In this document: piece after piece, positions 21,601 to 35,922 of the stretch
Layout of the letters: each line of letters begins with the position of its first letter
Numbering within the stretch: the first letter of the stretch is position 1
Assembly: GCA_047495785.1 (NCBI GenBank)
Contig: JBLDXI010000024.1
Location: 1,860,001-1,924,000, forward strand
Length of the DNA stretch: 64,000 nt
From: Lepidodermella squamata
Taxonomy: Eukaryota; Animalia; Gastrotricha
Direction of reading: 5' to 3'
The notes under the pieces: generated by a model
The model's database searches: none
What the model was told of the DNA's origin: nothing
The model's input: only the letters and a program-made list of their open reading frames with translations
Program-made: the position numbers and the translations under genes

Positions 21601-24600
21601 GGGAAGACCAAAGTCCTCGAAGCTCTGGCCGAAACTATGACGACGCTAGAAGGCAACGGCGTGACTGAGTATGAAAAGGTCATGTTTCGAACAATCAATC
21701 CGAAAGCGATTACCATGGGCCAGTTGTACGGTCAGTTCGACCCGGTTTCTCACGAATGGTCTGACGGTATCGTGGCGAACACTTTCCGTGAGTTCGCGTT
21801 TATGGACACGCCTGACCGGAAATGGGTCGTCTTCGATGGCCCTATCGACGCCGTTTGGATCGAAAGTATGAACACTGTGCTGGACGATAACAAAAAACTG
21901 TGCCTCGTTTCGGGTGAAATCATCCAAATGTCGGCGGTTATGAGTTTGATTTTCGAGACAATGGACTTGTCTCAAGCTTCGCCCGCCACTGTCAGCCGTT
22001 GCGGTATGATTTACATGGAGCCGACCACGCTGGGCTGGCGGCCGATTTTCAAGAGCTGGCTAAATGCTAACCACCCTACAATACAGCAAAACAACGAAAT
22101 TCTCGAGGCGCTCTTCGAGTGGATTGTCGATCCAACGCTTGATTTTGTTCGGAAAAATTGCAAAACCTACACACCAACTGGACAGGCTAATATGGTCCGA
22201 TCTCTGATGTACCTCATCGAAATGTTGCTGCACGAGGGCGCGATTAAGGCGGAAACTGAGGAGAATAAACACTTCCCAGTTTGGTTGATGGCTGCGTTCC
22301 TTTTCGCGATTGTTTGGTCGCTCGGCGGTGTTATCGATGGCGAAAGTCGGCCGAAATTTGACCAATTTTTCCGCGAATTAATCAGCGGCAAAAACAACGA
22401 TCTGCCTACGCCGAAAGCTCTCGGCAAGCTGGACATGCTGTTCCCGTCTGAGCAGACCGTCTTTGACTATTACTACGAGGTACTGAAATCCACTGAAAAA
22501 TTCCTTAATTAAATTATAGAAATTTTGTTTTTAACTTGAAATATTTATGTGATAATTTGTTTAAACACAGCAAAGAGATCCTATCATTGTAAGTACTTGA
22601 TGGTGTCATTTAAGGATTATGAGAAAATTTCCCTCGAGTTTCTAGGATAATTACAGCGTGTCCCATGAGTAACGCAATCAAATAAAATACACGGAAAAGG
22701 GTTCAGAAACTATAAAATGAGTGGCAAAGTCTCATCTCATGGCCAGAAAATTGTAGAAAAATTCAAAAATTCGCGAGAATAGATAGCAAGTATGTTACTT
22801 GTTAATAGAATTGAAAAAGTACGGAGAAATCTGGTCCAACCTGGAAAAATACCGAAAATTACCGAACCAGTTACCATCGGGATTTTCCAGGTTTTCTTCT
22901 GTAAATTTTCAATTTTTTCGATAAAATCACGGATAAATGATGGGAGATTCTCTTGGTAGGTTTAATTTGAAAAAATTACTTGAATTTCCAACAACAATTT
23001 TTCAAATTAAAAAATAGCTGCGCAATTTTTGGGACGCGCTGTAATGTTACCTTTAAAATTGAAAATTGCCTTTGGGATACATTTTGAAAATATAGAAAAA
23101 ATGTTGTCATAGTATAGCCATTGTAAATGTGATTTGTGTGTCATTTTGAGTTATCCGAAGCATTTTTATTGATTTATTAATCGTGATTTTTTTCGACAAT
23201 TTATAGCAAAAAGCCCGTGGTGCTTGGATGCATTGGAACGAAATGATCCGTCATCAGAAAGTTGATACTGGGCGAAAAATCCAGGAAATTCTAGTGCCGA
23301 CAATGGACACGGCCCGTTTTATGTACCTGTTGGATCTATGCATCCACCACGACCGTCCTATCCTGTTCTGCGGCCCTACTGGTACCGGCAAATCGGTATA
23401 CGTTCAAGAGCTGCTTATGAACAGCCTGCCACGTGACCAGTACATGCCGGCTTTCCTTGCGTTCTCGGCGCAAACGTCGGCGAATCAAACGCAAATGATT
23501 ATCATGTCGAAGCTGGACAAGCGGCGTAAAGGCTACTTTGGCCCTCCGATCGGCAAGAAGGCCATCATTTTCATCGATGACGTCAACATGCCGGCGAAGG
23601 AAGTCTACGGCGCCCAGCCGCCTATCGAGCTGCTGAGAATGTATTTCGATCATCAGTATTGGTTTGATCTGAAGGATATGAGCAAGTTAATCCTTCAGGT
23701 AGGTCCTCTTTAAAATTCGAGAGATTTAATTTTTTTTATTCGTATCTCAGGACATCCTTCTTGTCGCTGCTATGGGTCCACCGGGTGGAAGTCGCAACTT
23801 TTTAACGCCGCGTTTCCTCCGTCACTTCAACGTTATTTCAACCCCACCGTTCAACGATGAAACAATGAACAGAATTTTCTCAACTCTTTACAGCACTTAT
23901 TTGAGGGTAAGGATGGCGAATAATTTTCCGATAGTTATCGTCCACGTCGCTGAAAATCAATTGGTATTTTAATAATTAAACTATTTAATGAACAATAGCA
24001 ACCTGGAAAAGACGGAACGGTTTGTAGAATATATTTTTTAATTTGCGCCATTTTATAAATTTTCCGCTAAATTCAGCATAGCTAATAATTTGATTAATAT
24101 CAGCGGTTAATTTAAGTTTATATTACTATTTATCGCTTTGTAATTTATCAGCGCATCGCTGAAACTAGATCCCATGTTGACAAGCTGCAGGTAAATAACG
24201 AAGAAAACGAAAATCACAGACATTATTTTCGTCGTCACAAAATTTTCAGAGCATAAATACTTTTATTTAAATAATTTTTCCTTCCACGATTTCATTTTTC
24301 GCGATTTAAAATTTCGTTATTTCTAATTTTTGCAGAAGGGAGAATTTTCGCCGGAATATTTTACCGTTGGAAATCTCATCATTCAAAGCACGATGGACGT
24401 TTACAAACAAGCCATGTTGAAGCTGCTGCCCACCCCAGCTAAATCGCATTACGTTTTCAACCTGCGAGATTTCAGCCGCGTCGTTCTTGGATGTTGCCTG
24501 CTTCGCAAAGAGCAAGTCAGCGATAAGAAAATGCTCGTTAGGTAAATATTTTGTATGACATTTAGCAAGTAAAACGTGGGCTTGGCAACATTGTTGGCAT

Positions 24601-27600
24601 CTTGAAATTTTGATGTCGCTTTCAAGATGAACGAACGAGGAGTCGAATGATACCAAAACGAGGTTGATAGTCATCAGGGTTGCTGAGAAAATGTGCTTCA
24701 AAGTTAACGGGTGAAAATTGTTAATTTCGAAAAAATGCACGCTTAAAAATCAAGTTTTTATTGCATCAATTAATAACTTGGCGCGCAATAAACTTTCTTA
24801 TGCGCATTCGAGATTTTTGGGGCAATCTGAGGTGAGGAATCTTGCTAAATTTTCAAAAAAATTGATGGAATCAAGCTAGTACTTCCACATCGACCTAAGT
24901 CAATAATCATGTTCGGCGACACTTTGGGGTCTCCCGACTTTTAGGATGGATGGGAGCCTCCTGGAGGTCTGAATTTTTACAAATTTAAAATCCTCGAGAA
25001 AAACTTGGTAAGAACACCTAGGAATCGAAAAATCGTCCCTCTTCAAGCCAACACTCTTTGTGCCATTCACTGAAAAATACAGAAAATGCGCCAAACCCCA
25101 CTTTTCACTTGCTATAACGGCCATATTCAATTTTCTCGACTGATCGTTACTTTTCCCCCGTCAGATTGTGGGTGCACGAAGCTATGCGTGTCTTCTACGA
25201 TCGTTTAACCGATAATAAGGACAAGCAATGGCTGTTTGGACAGCTTCGAGAGTGCATCACCAACAATTTCAAAGAATCTTTCGACGGCCTGTTCGAACAT
25301 TTATGCCAGCCCGGCAAGAAGCTGAGCCCGGAAGACCTGCAGGGCCTCATGTTCGGCGACTACATGAACCCGGACCTTGACGCTGAAGATCGCATGTACG
25401 AAGAGGTGCGTTCTATCGATGACATGTACAAAGTGGCTGAGCATGGCCTGGATGAGTATAACAACACTCATAAGGCTAGAATGAGCCTCGTCGTTTTCCG
25501 CTACGTTCTCGAACATTTGTCGCGAATTTGCCGAATTCTGCGCATACCAGGCGGTAACGGGTTGTTGGTCGGTGTCGGCGGCTCGGGGCGCCAGTCGCTT
25601 ACCCGGCTAGCCGCTTCAATGGCTGGCTGCGAACTCGTTCAGCCGGAAATTTCGAAAAATTACGGCAAAAATGAGTGGCGGGAAGATTTGAAGAAATTGA
25701 TGAAATCAGCCGGTGTCGGCGGCAAGAAAACCACCTTCCTAATGACTGATAGCCAGATTAAGGAGGAGTCTTTCCTGCAGGACGTTGATTCACTGCTGAA
25801 TACCGGCGAAATTCCGAATCTATTCGCGTCAGACGAAAAAGCCGAGTTGATGGAAGCTGTCCGCCCGGCAGCCCAGGCGGCTAACACCGCTGCTGGCGGG
25901 GATAAAAACGCCGAACTTGGCCCATTAGCGCTGTTCGCGTTCTTCATCAACAGATGCCGTGAAAACCTACATATCATCATCGCGTTCAGCCCTATCGGTG
26001 ACGCGTTCCGAACCCGACTGCGCCAATTCCCGTCTCTAATCAACTGCTGTACGATCGATTGGTTCCAGGAGTGGCCGGAGGATGCGTTGGAGCGAGTCGC
26101 GAATCGTTATCTCGAGGCGGTCGAGATGAAAGATGAGTGGAAAAAGGAGACCGTACAGCTGTGCAAAATGTTCGACATTTCAGCGCGTAAGTTGTCGGAG
26201 AAATTCTACGCGACACTCGGCCGGCGCAACTACGTCACGCCAACGTCGTACCTTGAACTGCTCGGTTCTTTCAAGCGGCTGCTTTCCCAGAAGCAGGACG
26301 AGACAATGAAGGCGAAGAAGCGGTACGTTGTCGGTTTACAGAAACTCGCCTTCGCCTCGGAGCAGGTCTCGGCTATGCAGCGGCAGTTGGAAGACCTGAA
26401 GCCGGAGCTGGTCAAATCAGCCGAGGACACGACCCGCTTCATGACAATTATCGACAAGGAATCGGCCGAGGCTGAAATTACGAGCAGACGCGTTAAGGCG
26501 GATGAGGAGATTGCGAACGAGCAGGCGGCCTCGTCGCAAAAGCTGAAAGATGAGTGCGAGGCTGAACTCGCCGAGGCTATGCCGGCGCTTGAAGAGGCCC
26601 TGGCCGCTTTAGACACCCTAAAACCAGCCGATATCACAATCGTTAAATCCATGAAAAACCCGCCGTCTGGGGTTAAATTAGTCATGGCTGCTGTTTGCGT
26701 TATGAAAGACATTAAGCCAGACCGAGTCAACGACCCGGCGACCGGGCAGAAAGTTCTCGACTACTGGGGCCCATCGAAACGGTTGCTAGGTGACATGAAC
26801 TTCCTTGGGATGCTGAAAGAATACGACAAGGATAACATGCCTAACCACGTTGTCACGAAAATTCGGACGGAATACATTACCAACCCGGAGTTCGACCCAG
26901 TCCGTGTCGCGAAGGCGTCGTCAGCCGCTGAGGGTCTATGCAAATGGATCATGGCCATGGAGAAGTACGATCGAATCGCGAAGGTCGTTGCGCCAAAGCG
27001 AGAGCGTCTAATGAAGGCCGAGGCTGAGTTCGCGCAGACTATGGCGAATTTGAACGCGAAACGAGCCGAGCTGCGCGCCGTTGAAATGCGCCTCGCCGAC
27101 CTGCGCCGCCAGCTCGACGAAACCACGCTGAAGAAGCAGAACCTTGAATTTGAGGTGGATTTGTGCGGGAAGAAGCTAGTTCGAGCCGAGAAGCTGATCG
27201 GCGGCCTCGGCGGCGAGAAAGACCGTTGGGAGCGAACTTCAGTCGAGTTGCAAGTTGTCTACGACAATTTAGCGGGTGATGTGCTGATTTCAGCGGCTGT
27301 TATCGCCTACCTCGGCCCATTCACCGCGCCGTACCGCGACGAGGTGATAACGGAGTGGGTGCGCCACGTGTCTGTTAAAGGCATTCCTTGCAATAAGGAA
27401 TTCTCGCTCACCAAAGTTTTAGGCGAGCCGATTAAAATTCAGGCGTGGAACATTGCCGGCCTGCCTAGGGACGCGTTTTCTATCGATAACGCCGTCATCG
27501 TAGCCAACGCGCGTCGCTGGCCGTTGATGATCGACCCTCAGGGCCAGGCGAATAAGTGGATCAAAAATTTTGAGCGTGAGAACAGCCTGTCTGTCATCAA

Positions 27601-30600
27601 GCTCACAGACGCTGATTACATGCGAACCCTCGAAAATTGCATCACATTCGGAACACCACTTTTGCTGGAAAATGTTGGCGAGGAGCTTGACCCAGCCTTA
27701 GAGCCGATTTTGCTGAAACAGACCTTCAAACAAGCTGGTGTTGACATGATCCGATTGGGTGATAACTTGATTGAATACAGTAAAGATTTCAGGTTTTACA
27801 TCACCACAAAACTGCGAAATCCGCACTATTTGCCCGAAGTTGCGACCAAAGTTTCACTGCTCAACTTCATGATCACGCCGGAAGGTCTTGAAGATCAGTT
27901 GCTCGGCATTGTGGTCGCGAAGGAACGGCCCGATCTTGAGGAGGAGCGGCAGGCTTTGATTGTTCAATCCGCATCGAATCGGCGTCAGTTGAAAGAAATC
28001 GAGGACAAAATTCTTCAAACTTTGTCGTCATCTGAGGGCAACATTTTGGAGGACGAGTCTGCTATTCAAATTCTAGACTCGTCCAAAATTCTGTCCGATG
28101 AAATTCAAAAGAAGCAAAAGGTCGCTGAGGAGACTGAGAAAAAGGTCGAGACGAGTCGTGTCGGTTATCGACCCATAGCCAAGCACTCGGCCAATTTGTT
28201 CTTCTCTCTCACGGATTTGCCGAACATTGACCCGATGTACCAGTACTCGTTGACGTGGTTCGTCAATCTCTACATCAATTCGATTCAGGATAGTAACAAA
28301 TCGAAGATTCTTGACAAGCGGCTTCGCTATCTTCAGGAGCACTTCACGTACAGTCTCTACCAAAATGTGTGCCGGTCGCTGTTCGAAAAGGACAAACTAC
28401 TCTACTCATTCGTCTTGTGCTCCAAGATCATGAGGTACTTTCAAAATTTAAAAAAACTTGAAAATGTTAAATGTTGATCAAATTTAAATTTTTAAAATTT
28501 GTAGAAAATACTTTCAAAATTGTTTTAAGACATTGCAATTTGCACTTGTTGCCCTGGTTGCGAAATTTGCCCTTGAATTTTATTAATAATTTATGAATTT
28601 TTAATTAATTAATCAATTTAATTTAATTTTTTGATGAACTATTAATTATTAATTAATTATTTTTATCAATTAACAGTGGTAAAGGCGAGCTTCTAGAAGA
28701 TCAGCTCATGTTTTTCCTAACTGGCGGTGTTGGCCTCGAGAACAAACTGCCAAACCCGGACAAATCTTGGATCACCGATAAAACATGGGACGAACTGTGC
28801 CGTCTCGACGATTTGGCTGCCTTCAAAGGCATTCGGTAGGTCTTACTAATTTTTCAATATAATTTCAAATAATTTTCTTTGAAATTTTAGTGAGAGCTTT
28901 ACTCGAAATATTGGAGCTTGGAAAGATTTTTACGAAACAAAGGAGCCGCAAAACGCTGAAATTCCCGAGCCGTGGCAAAGCAAGTTGGACGATTTTGCTC
29001 GACTGCTGGTCATTCGCGTCATTCGACCCGACCGCTGTGTTTCCGCCGTTACGAAATTCGTCACCGAACGGCTGGGCAAAAAATTCGTCGAACCGCCGCC
29101 GTTCGATCTCGCTAAATCGTTCGCTGATTCTAACGCATGTGCTCCACTCATTTTCATACTGTCACCCGGCGCCGACCCAACAATGGCGCTGCTGAAATTC
29201 GCCGACGATCGCGGGTTTGGCGGCAAGAAATTTCAGTCCATCTCGCTGGGTCAAGGCCAGGGTCCGATTGCCGCGAAAATGATCGCGCAAGGCCGAACTG
29301 ACGGTCAGTGGGTGCTGTTGCAAAATTGCCATTTAGCTGTCAGTTGGATGACGGCTCTCGAGAAACTGTGCGAGGAACTGAGCCCGGAAAGCACCGACCC
29401 GAAATTCCGGCTATGGCTGACCAGCTACCCGTCGGAGAGATTCCCTGTCACTGTCCTGCAAAACGGGGTTAAAATGACGAACGAACCGCCGACGGGACTG
29501 AGGCAGAATCTACTTCAGTCCTATTTGAATGACCCCATTTCGGACGAGACATTTTTCTCAGGTTGCCCGGGTAAGGAGGGCAATTTCGAGAAATTGCTCT
29601 TCGGCCTCTGCTTCTTCCACGCTTTGGTTCAAGAGCGGCGAAAGTTCGGCCCGCTCGGCTGGAACATCCCGTACGGCTTCAACGAGTCGGACCTGCGAAT
29701 CTCCGTTCGCCAACTGCAAATGTTCATCAACGAGTACGAGGATGTGCCGTTCCAGTCGATCACGTACCTGACTGGCGAGTGCAACTACGGCGGTCGTGTT
29801 ACTGACGACTGGGACAGGCGGACGCTTCTGACGATTCTGGCGGATTTCTGCAATGACAGCCTGATCAGCGACCCGAAGTACAAGTTCTCGCCGTCTGGCA
29901 CGTATTTCGCCCCGCCGCAGGGCAGCTACGAGTCTTATTTGGACTTTATCAAAGACCTGCCGCAGTCGCAACAGCCGGAGATTTTCGGAATGCATGAAAA
30001 CGTCGATATTAGCAAAGATTTACAGGTAAAAAATTATTATCAACAAAAAATTCTTTTATTTGGGAATTTCGCTTAAATCGCCGAATTTTTGCTGTTAACC
30101 AGCTTTGCGAAAGGATTACCTTGTGATCGGAATCGGTCTTGCCAAAACGGAAAATTCGTAACTAGAAAAATAATAAATTGATAAATTTAATTTCAGCTCC
30201 GTAATTAGGTGGGGTGATTTTGGCCAAACAATGTTTTTTGAGGATTAAAAATTAGTCGTAATTCAGAAATCGATGATTTTATATACAAAGGTGTGGAAGG
30301 TTATTCTAAATTTATCTTAAATTATTTGTGATTTTGGTGAAGTAACGCAAGCAAAGCAAATACACGGAAGAAGGATCAGAAACTCTAAAATGAGAGGGAA
30401 AGTCTTATATAATGGCCCGAAAATGTCTTAAGTGAATAGGATTAAGAAAAATCCCAAGAAATTCGATCCAACCAGGTAAAAACCGAAAATTACCGAAGCA
30501 GTTACCATCGGGGTTTTCAGGGTATTCTCTGGTGAATTTGTAATTTCTTAGGTGAAAATATTGGATAAAGGATGGAAGATTCCCATAGTGGGCTTAACAA

Positions 30601-31820
30601 AATTAAATCAATTTTCTTAAAAAATTTGCAAAGATTATGCTGTAGGAGGGGTCCAAAATCGATATTCGAGTTTCCTTGCTTATAACATTTCTTAAAAATC
30701 AAGTATTGCTCCAATCATCTTGGGACTTGCGCCAGTCGAAAGCTCAAAAGACAGGCAATTTCATACAAAAAACCGCATGTTTTTATCTTTCGGCGTTGCA
30801 AAGAGTTTCACCTGCAAAGCCGAAGTATCCAAAGTTACCAAAATTTCCTTGCCCATTAACATGTTTTTTATTATTTCAAAATTCTAGGAAACAAAATTGC
30901 TGTTCGACTCAGTTATTGCGACCATGGGTGGGTCTGGCGGTGGTGGTGGTGGCGGAGCCAGTGGAGGCAGCACCGACGACGCCCTTTACGCGATGGCGAC
31001 AGACATTTTAAGCAAACTGCCGCCGGCTTTCGACCTCGAACTTGCGGGCAAGAAATTCCCTGTCGTCTACAAGGAGAGCATGAACACCGTACTTGTGCAA
31101 GAAATGGAACGTTTCAACCGCCTCACCTCCGTCATCCGCACCAGCCTGCAAAACGTGCAAAAAGCAATCAAAGGCCTCGTTGTCATGTCAACAGACCTCG
31201 AGGCCGTCTGCCGGTCGCTGCTCGTCGGCAAAATCCCGGCAATGTGGGCGAAGAGCTCATACCCGTCACTGAAGCCGCTCGGCAGTTACATGAACGACCT
31301 GCTGGAGCGGTTGAAAATGCTTCAGAATTGGTACGACCACGGCAAGCCGAAATCTTTCTGGGTCTCCGGGTTCTATTTTACGCAGGCGTTTTTGACTGGT
31401 GTCATTCAAAATTTTGCGAGAAAATACGTCCTGCCTATCGATACGTTGGCGTTTGATTTCGAGCTGCTGCGCAAGGGCGTGCCGGCTGATAAGGCGCCGG
31501 ATGACGGCGCGTACATTTTCGGGCTGTACCTCGACGGCGCCCGGTGGGACGAGGAGAAGCACTGTCTCGGCGAGCAGCGAATTCGCGTGCTCTACGAACC
31601 GACGCCGGTCATCTGGCTGAAGCCGGCGAAGAAGCTGGAGATCGATACGTCGGATAAGCGGTACAAGTGCCCGGTTTACAAGACGTCGGAGCGGCGGGGT
31701 ACGCTGTCGACGACCGGCCACTCGACCAACTTCGTGCTGCCCATCCTGCTCGAAACCGACCAGCCCGTCCAGCATTGGGTCAAGCGAGGATGCGCCCTCC
31801 TTTGTGCGCTTGATGACTAA
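15607..31820 (+). CDS. DNAH12: Axonemal inner-arm dynein heavy chain, DNAH12 type (multi-exon)
   Basis: P-loops [24 protein letters not shown] and GVGGSGRQS; stalk/MTBD; C-terminus [24 protein letters not shown]. The N-terminal tail ([33 protein letters not shown]) resembles human DNAH12. Confidence 0.9.
22654..23041 (+). mobile_element. Tc1/mariner-type MITE family A, full length, in a DNAH12 intron
   Basis: TIRs CAGCGTGTCCCA / TGGGACGCGCTG with TA on both sides (22652-53, 23042-43). Related copies near 8671, 30341 and 52440. Confidence 0.85.
30341..30590 (+). mobile_element. MITE family A, internal fragment
   Basis: GTAACGCAAGCAAAGCAAATACACGGAA...AAAATTACCGAA.CAGTTACCATCGGG, colinear with 22668-22960. 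Confidence 0.75.
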
Positions 31821-32697
31821 CAATTATTTTTCATCAATGTCGAACCTTTCTTAGTTTGTATTTGTTAAATACACAGTATACCACCTAAAACTTTTACACG
31901 ATATTTTGAGACAGGGTCATCACACGTTTCTGATATCTCACTATTATGATATATTTTTATCAACTAACGCTTGAAATTTTTATTTTAATGATCTATTGTA
32001 TTTATTGCGACCGGAAAATATTTTCGGTAGTGCGGGAATACCATAGAAACAATTAATTGTTGTGCCTTTAAATTACGCATTTGAAATCTGAAAATCAGGT
32101 TCATAATAAAAAAAATGATGCGCTTCTAAAAGGTGTCGAATTGTTCATAAAAGTTTTAGAATTTCGTTGTGCGACGTTTGAATTTTCATAATTCTCGATG
32201 GCTAACATTGCAGTCGGAAGTCTGAAACCTCCGAAATCGCTGAATTCTGAGGCAGTAGAAGTGACTTTGGAAAACTGGGGCCGATGTGTATGTGTATACT
32301 TTTGAGCGGCCACTATATGAATCAACGACTTGTGGTAAAATATTCACATCTTCTTATGGAAAAATTCCCGCAAATTCCAGTTTGCAGCAGATCTGATGGC
32401 GCTGAAATCGTATGATAATAAATCAATCCGGTGACATTTGATCCTGAGAATTTTACTCCGGGTAAACCCCAACATTTCAAGTCATTCGAGTCATTCAAAA
32501 ACTGACCCAGGCAAGTTTCAATTTTTTAATATTTATTGCAGAGTAAAAATCGTTGCGGTAATATCGAGATCGAAAATGAAGTTTTCAATATAATATCACA
32601 TGAGATCATTGCAGGTAATCACAAACAAACTATCACAGAGTAATTAATGTCTTATTTCGTATTATGAGCAATTCAATTTTCAATTCCTTTTTGATTT

Positions 32698-34218
32698 TCA
32701 ATTGCCGCCATCTTGTTGCTGCCGATTTTTCAACTCGGCATTCGTGTTAGCGATCAAATCACACGCCGGCTTGTGTTTCGGCCAATGCCCAACCTGGCAC
32801 TGCCGGCTGCAGTACCACTCGGTCTGGCAACGGGAACAACGCTTCTCCGCCTCCTTGCCACACCCGATCTGGCCACATTTCGGCGGATCGCCGCCATACA
32901 TTAACAGCGGCTCAATGGCATCGACGTTGTACGCCGAGGCCAACCCGCCAGCCATTCGGCGCGCTTCTTTCGGATCCTGCGGGTCGAAAAACTTCTCAAG
33001 CTGCTCCTTCGCCAATTTTTTCCACAATTTCGCATATTTCGCCATCAATTTATCATAAATCTCCGGCACTTGTTCAATGACAATTTCAGATTTAGGCGGA
33101 GCAACATCGGCGTTGGAGAACGACAGATGTTCAATAAATCGCCGAAAATCCATCAAAATCGGCAGCTGGTCCAACGCCGCGTCATTGAGGTGAGTTCGCA
33201 ATTTAGCGAAAACCGACCTGCGATACGCGTTGAAGTCATATTTTCGCTGCAGATCGGCGTTCATTAGCAGTTGGAACAACGCGAGCCAAATTTGCGCCTC
33301 ACTTTTCGTCATTTTCGTCGACTCTTCAGCGATGTTTACCAGCGGGCGCCATCGCGAGTCAACATAGCGCAGTGTTTTGCCACTCGACTTGAGTGTGCGC
33401 TGCCACGGCTGAGCGTCCATAATTTGCACGAGTAGAAGTGGGAAGTCGAACACGACCAACAGCCGATTGGCGACACTCAACGGCAGTTGCCCGGTCGCGC
33501 ATTGGTCGACAATGTAGCGCGTGATATTGAGGCATTTCATCGCCAGGCCGAAATTCAGCGCCGTGTTCTGCCTCTCGAGTTCGGCCATGCTCGATGAACC
33601 ATCATCATCATCCTCGTCATTTTGATGGGTCACATTCGCACGGGTAGGTTCGAAATCGCTGTCATCGCCAAAGTCAATAGGCCAATTCGACGTCAAATCC
33701 ATCAATTTCCTGTAGCAATAATCGATCAAATCGAGAAGGGTCTCGTCAAGAGCCTCGACAGCCTCTGCGTGGAAAAGAGCGGTTTCGAGTAAGGAAGCGA
33801 CGGTTATTTCGTGGTAGAGAGCTGTATACAGAAAAATCGACGTCTTCGGTTTCGCGTTTGAGGCGACAATTTCCGGGAAAACTTGACGTTTCCAGACATC
33901 GGTTAAAATCAGATCACCAAGAACTGTGACAATCTGGCGAAAAAAATAACGAAATCAAATTTTTAAGGAGGATTTTTTCATTTTTTTTACCTTTCCAGAT
34001 GACACCAGGAAATCTTTGACAAATTCGTCTTCGTTTCGAGCAGCAGATAGAACAGCCTGCATATTGAGTTTTTCCAAATGTTCGTGCTGTGAAAACCAGC
34101 GTGGAGAGCCGTAATCATGCAACTCGAACGTCTGAAGGCTGTCAATCATCAGTTCAGCCTCCGGGGCGAACAGCACATGATGGTGTTGCTTGGCAGACGA
34201 ATCTTCGCCCTTACTCAT
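32698..34218 (-). CDS. ZMYND10: Zinc finger MYND protein 10 (dynein arm assembly factor), 2 exons
   Basis: QHEHLEKLNMQA, YHEITVASLLETALFH, IDYCYRKL, LDQLPIL and the C-terminal MYND finger CSRCQTEWYCSRQCQVGHWPKHKPAC. Confidence 0.92.
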
Positions 34219-35922
34219 TTTCGTCACAACAAATTTCTTTTCGTCTAAATGAAGAAGAAAACATGAGTAAATTTCGGGAAAGCACGTCCGCTTTTATTAT
34301 TTTTTCATCATCATTATTGAATTCCGTATTTTTTTGCTTCGAATTGACAAACAAATGAAACACAGCACTCACACAAATGCATCTTGTTAAGGTGGATACA
34401 CATAGCATATATGTAGTATAAAACAAGGATTGTTTGTTTTTCATCATTATATACGTAGTTTTTCTCTCTCTTTCAAATATAAAGAGCTCAGACCTGAAGC
34501 GCATAAAGCAGTTGTAAATAAATTTTTGTTAAATGGTATAGTAATAATTATAATAACACATTTTGTTTCGGATTTGCCATAGTTGGTATTATTTTCTCAT
34601 CAGATTATACACATAGAGCTTCGTCGAATAATTTCATCATCAGATCGTCACAAAACAACAAAAAACTGTCCCGCAAAGTAAAGATAATAATAATAATCCA
34701 GCGTATTTAAAGCGTCTCACCAGTTTGATAATAACGTTTTCGTAATAACTCCGCAATTATTACGTAAATTTTGTTGACCAGCGCCAGTTCATGATGCAAA
34801 AACAACGCAGAAGGTATATCATTCTCGTTCATAATTGTTTTTTGTTTTCGTTCATGTGCGAGATACGAGAGTGAGAAAGGCCGAGAGAGAGTAACCGCCC
34901 TCCTGATGATACCGCTATTTGGCTTTCTTTCTTTCCTTCACGAGACAATCAACTGCTTTGTTTATGCAAGAGAGAACTACGACGACGCTGTGTGTCACCT
35001 TTTGCGGCCGCGCACAGCGAAATTATGTATGCATACTACTCGGGCACGCAAGCGAAAACAGGTAATGACGACGCCTGCCCAAAATACTACACGAAAACAG
35101 ATAGAAATAAATCCGGGATGATTCAGATCGTTACATTATAATTTCAGAGAATACTAGAAAAGCCCCAGAAACTCACGTAATTTCTTTGCCCAGAAAAGAA
35201 TCGTAAAAGCAGTCAGACCTCGTTAGAAAGAGAAAAAAACAGAACATTAAAAGCCCAAATTAGAAGTAATGAGGAATCGCTTTTCAAAAGCGAGTCAATC
35301 TACCTTAATATATTTTAGAGTAGCAAGCATGCAAGAAACACGGCCACAGTTGAGCATTGCACTATTATGTATGTAATATTGAAGATTTTTTTCAAGAAAA
35401 CATTCAGAATGAAAAAGCTGCGAAAAAAGTGACGACTTGATACTTTAGTCAATAATTGTAGCCCACAATGGTAAGTAATACGAAGACTTTCATTTTTAAA
35501 ACAATAAATTTTTAAATAAAGTGCAAGTGCCGAAAATAAGTGAATCTGTTTTTCATGATAATAAATAATAAATTTGTAGTTATATATACTTGAATTCTTT
35601 CATCATCTGCAATGCCCGTCAAATAAACGGAAAAAACTGGTGCTTGTGGTATAAAAAAATCGAACTTAGGTAAAGCCAGTGCGTTTCGAACGAACGTCAA
35701 ACGTGAAGGAGGAGACATGATTTCTCACACTCAAAACATTTATAATTACCACTTTCAAAGTTTCGAGGAGGAAGACTGGAGAGCATCATTTTTTATCATG
35801 GATAGCGCACTTCAAGTTTGGCTATTTCAAAATGCTAACGATATCGATCATTGAGGGTGAAAAAAGGCGTCCCAACAACATCGGCAGCGACCGTTTGAAT
35901 TAAAATAGAAATTCTACTCGAT

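Noticed and set aside
19163-31823. Long antisense and alternate-frame ORFs over DNAH12 (also over MCM3, DDC, WASP)
   Set aside because: Shadows of GC-rich codon usage with no recognisable motifs.
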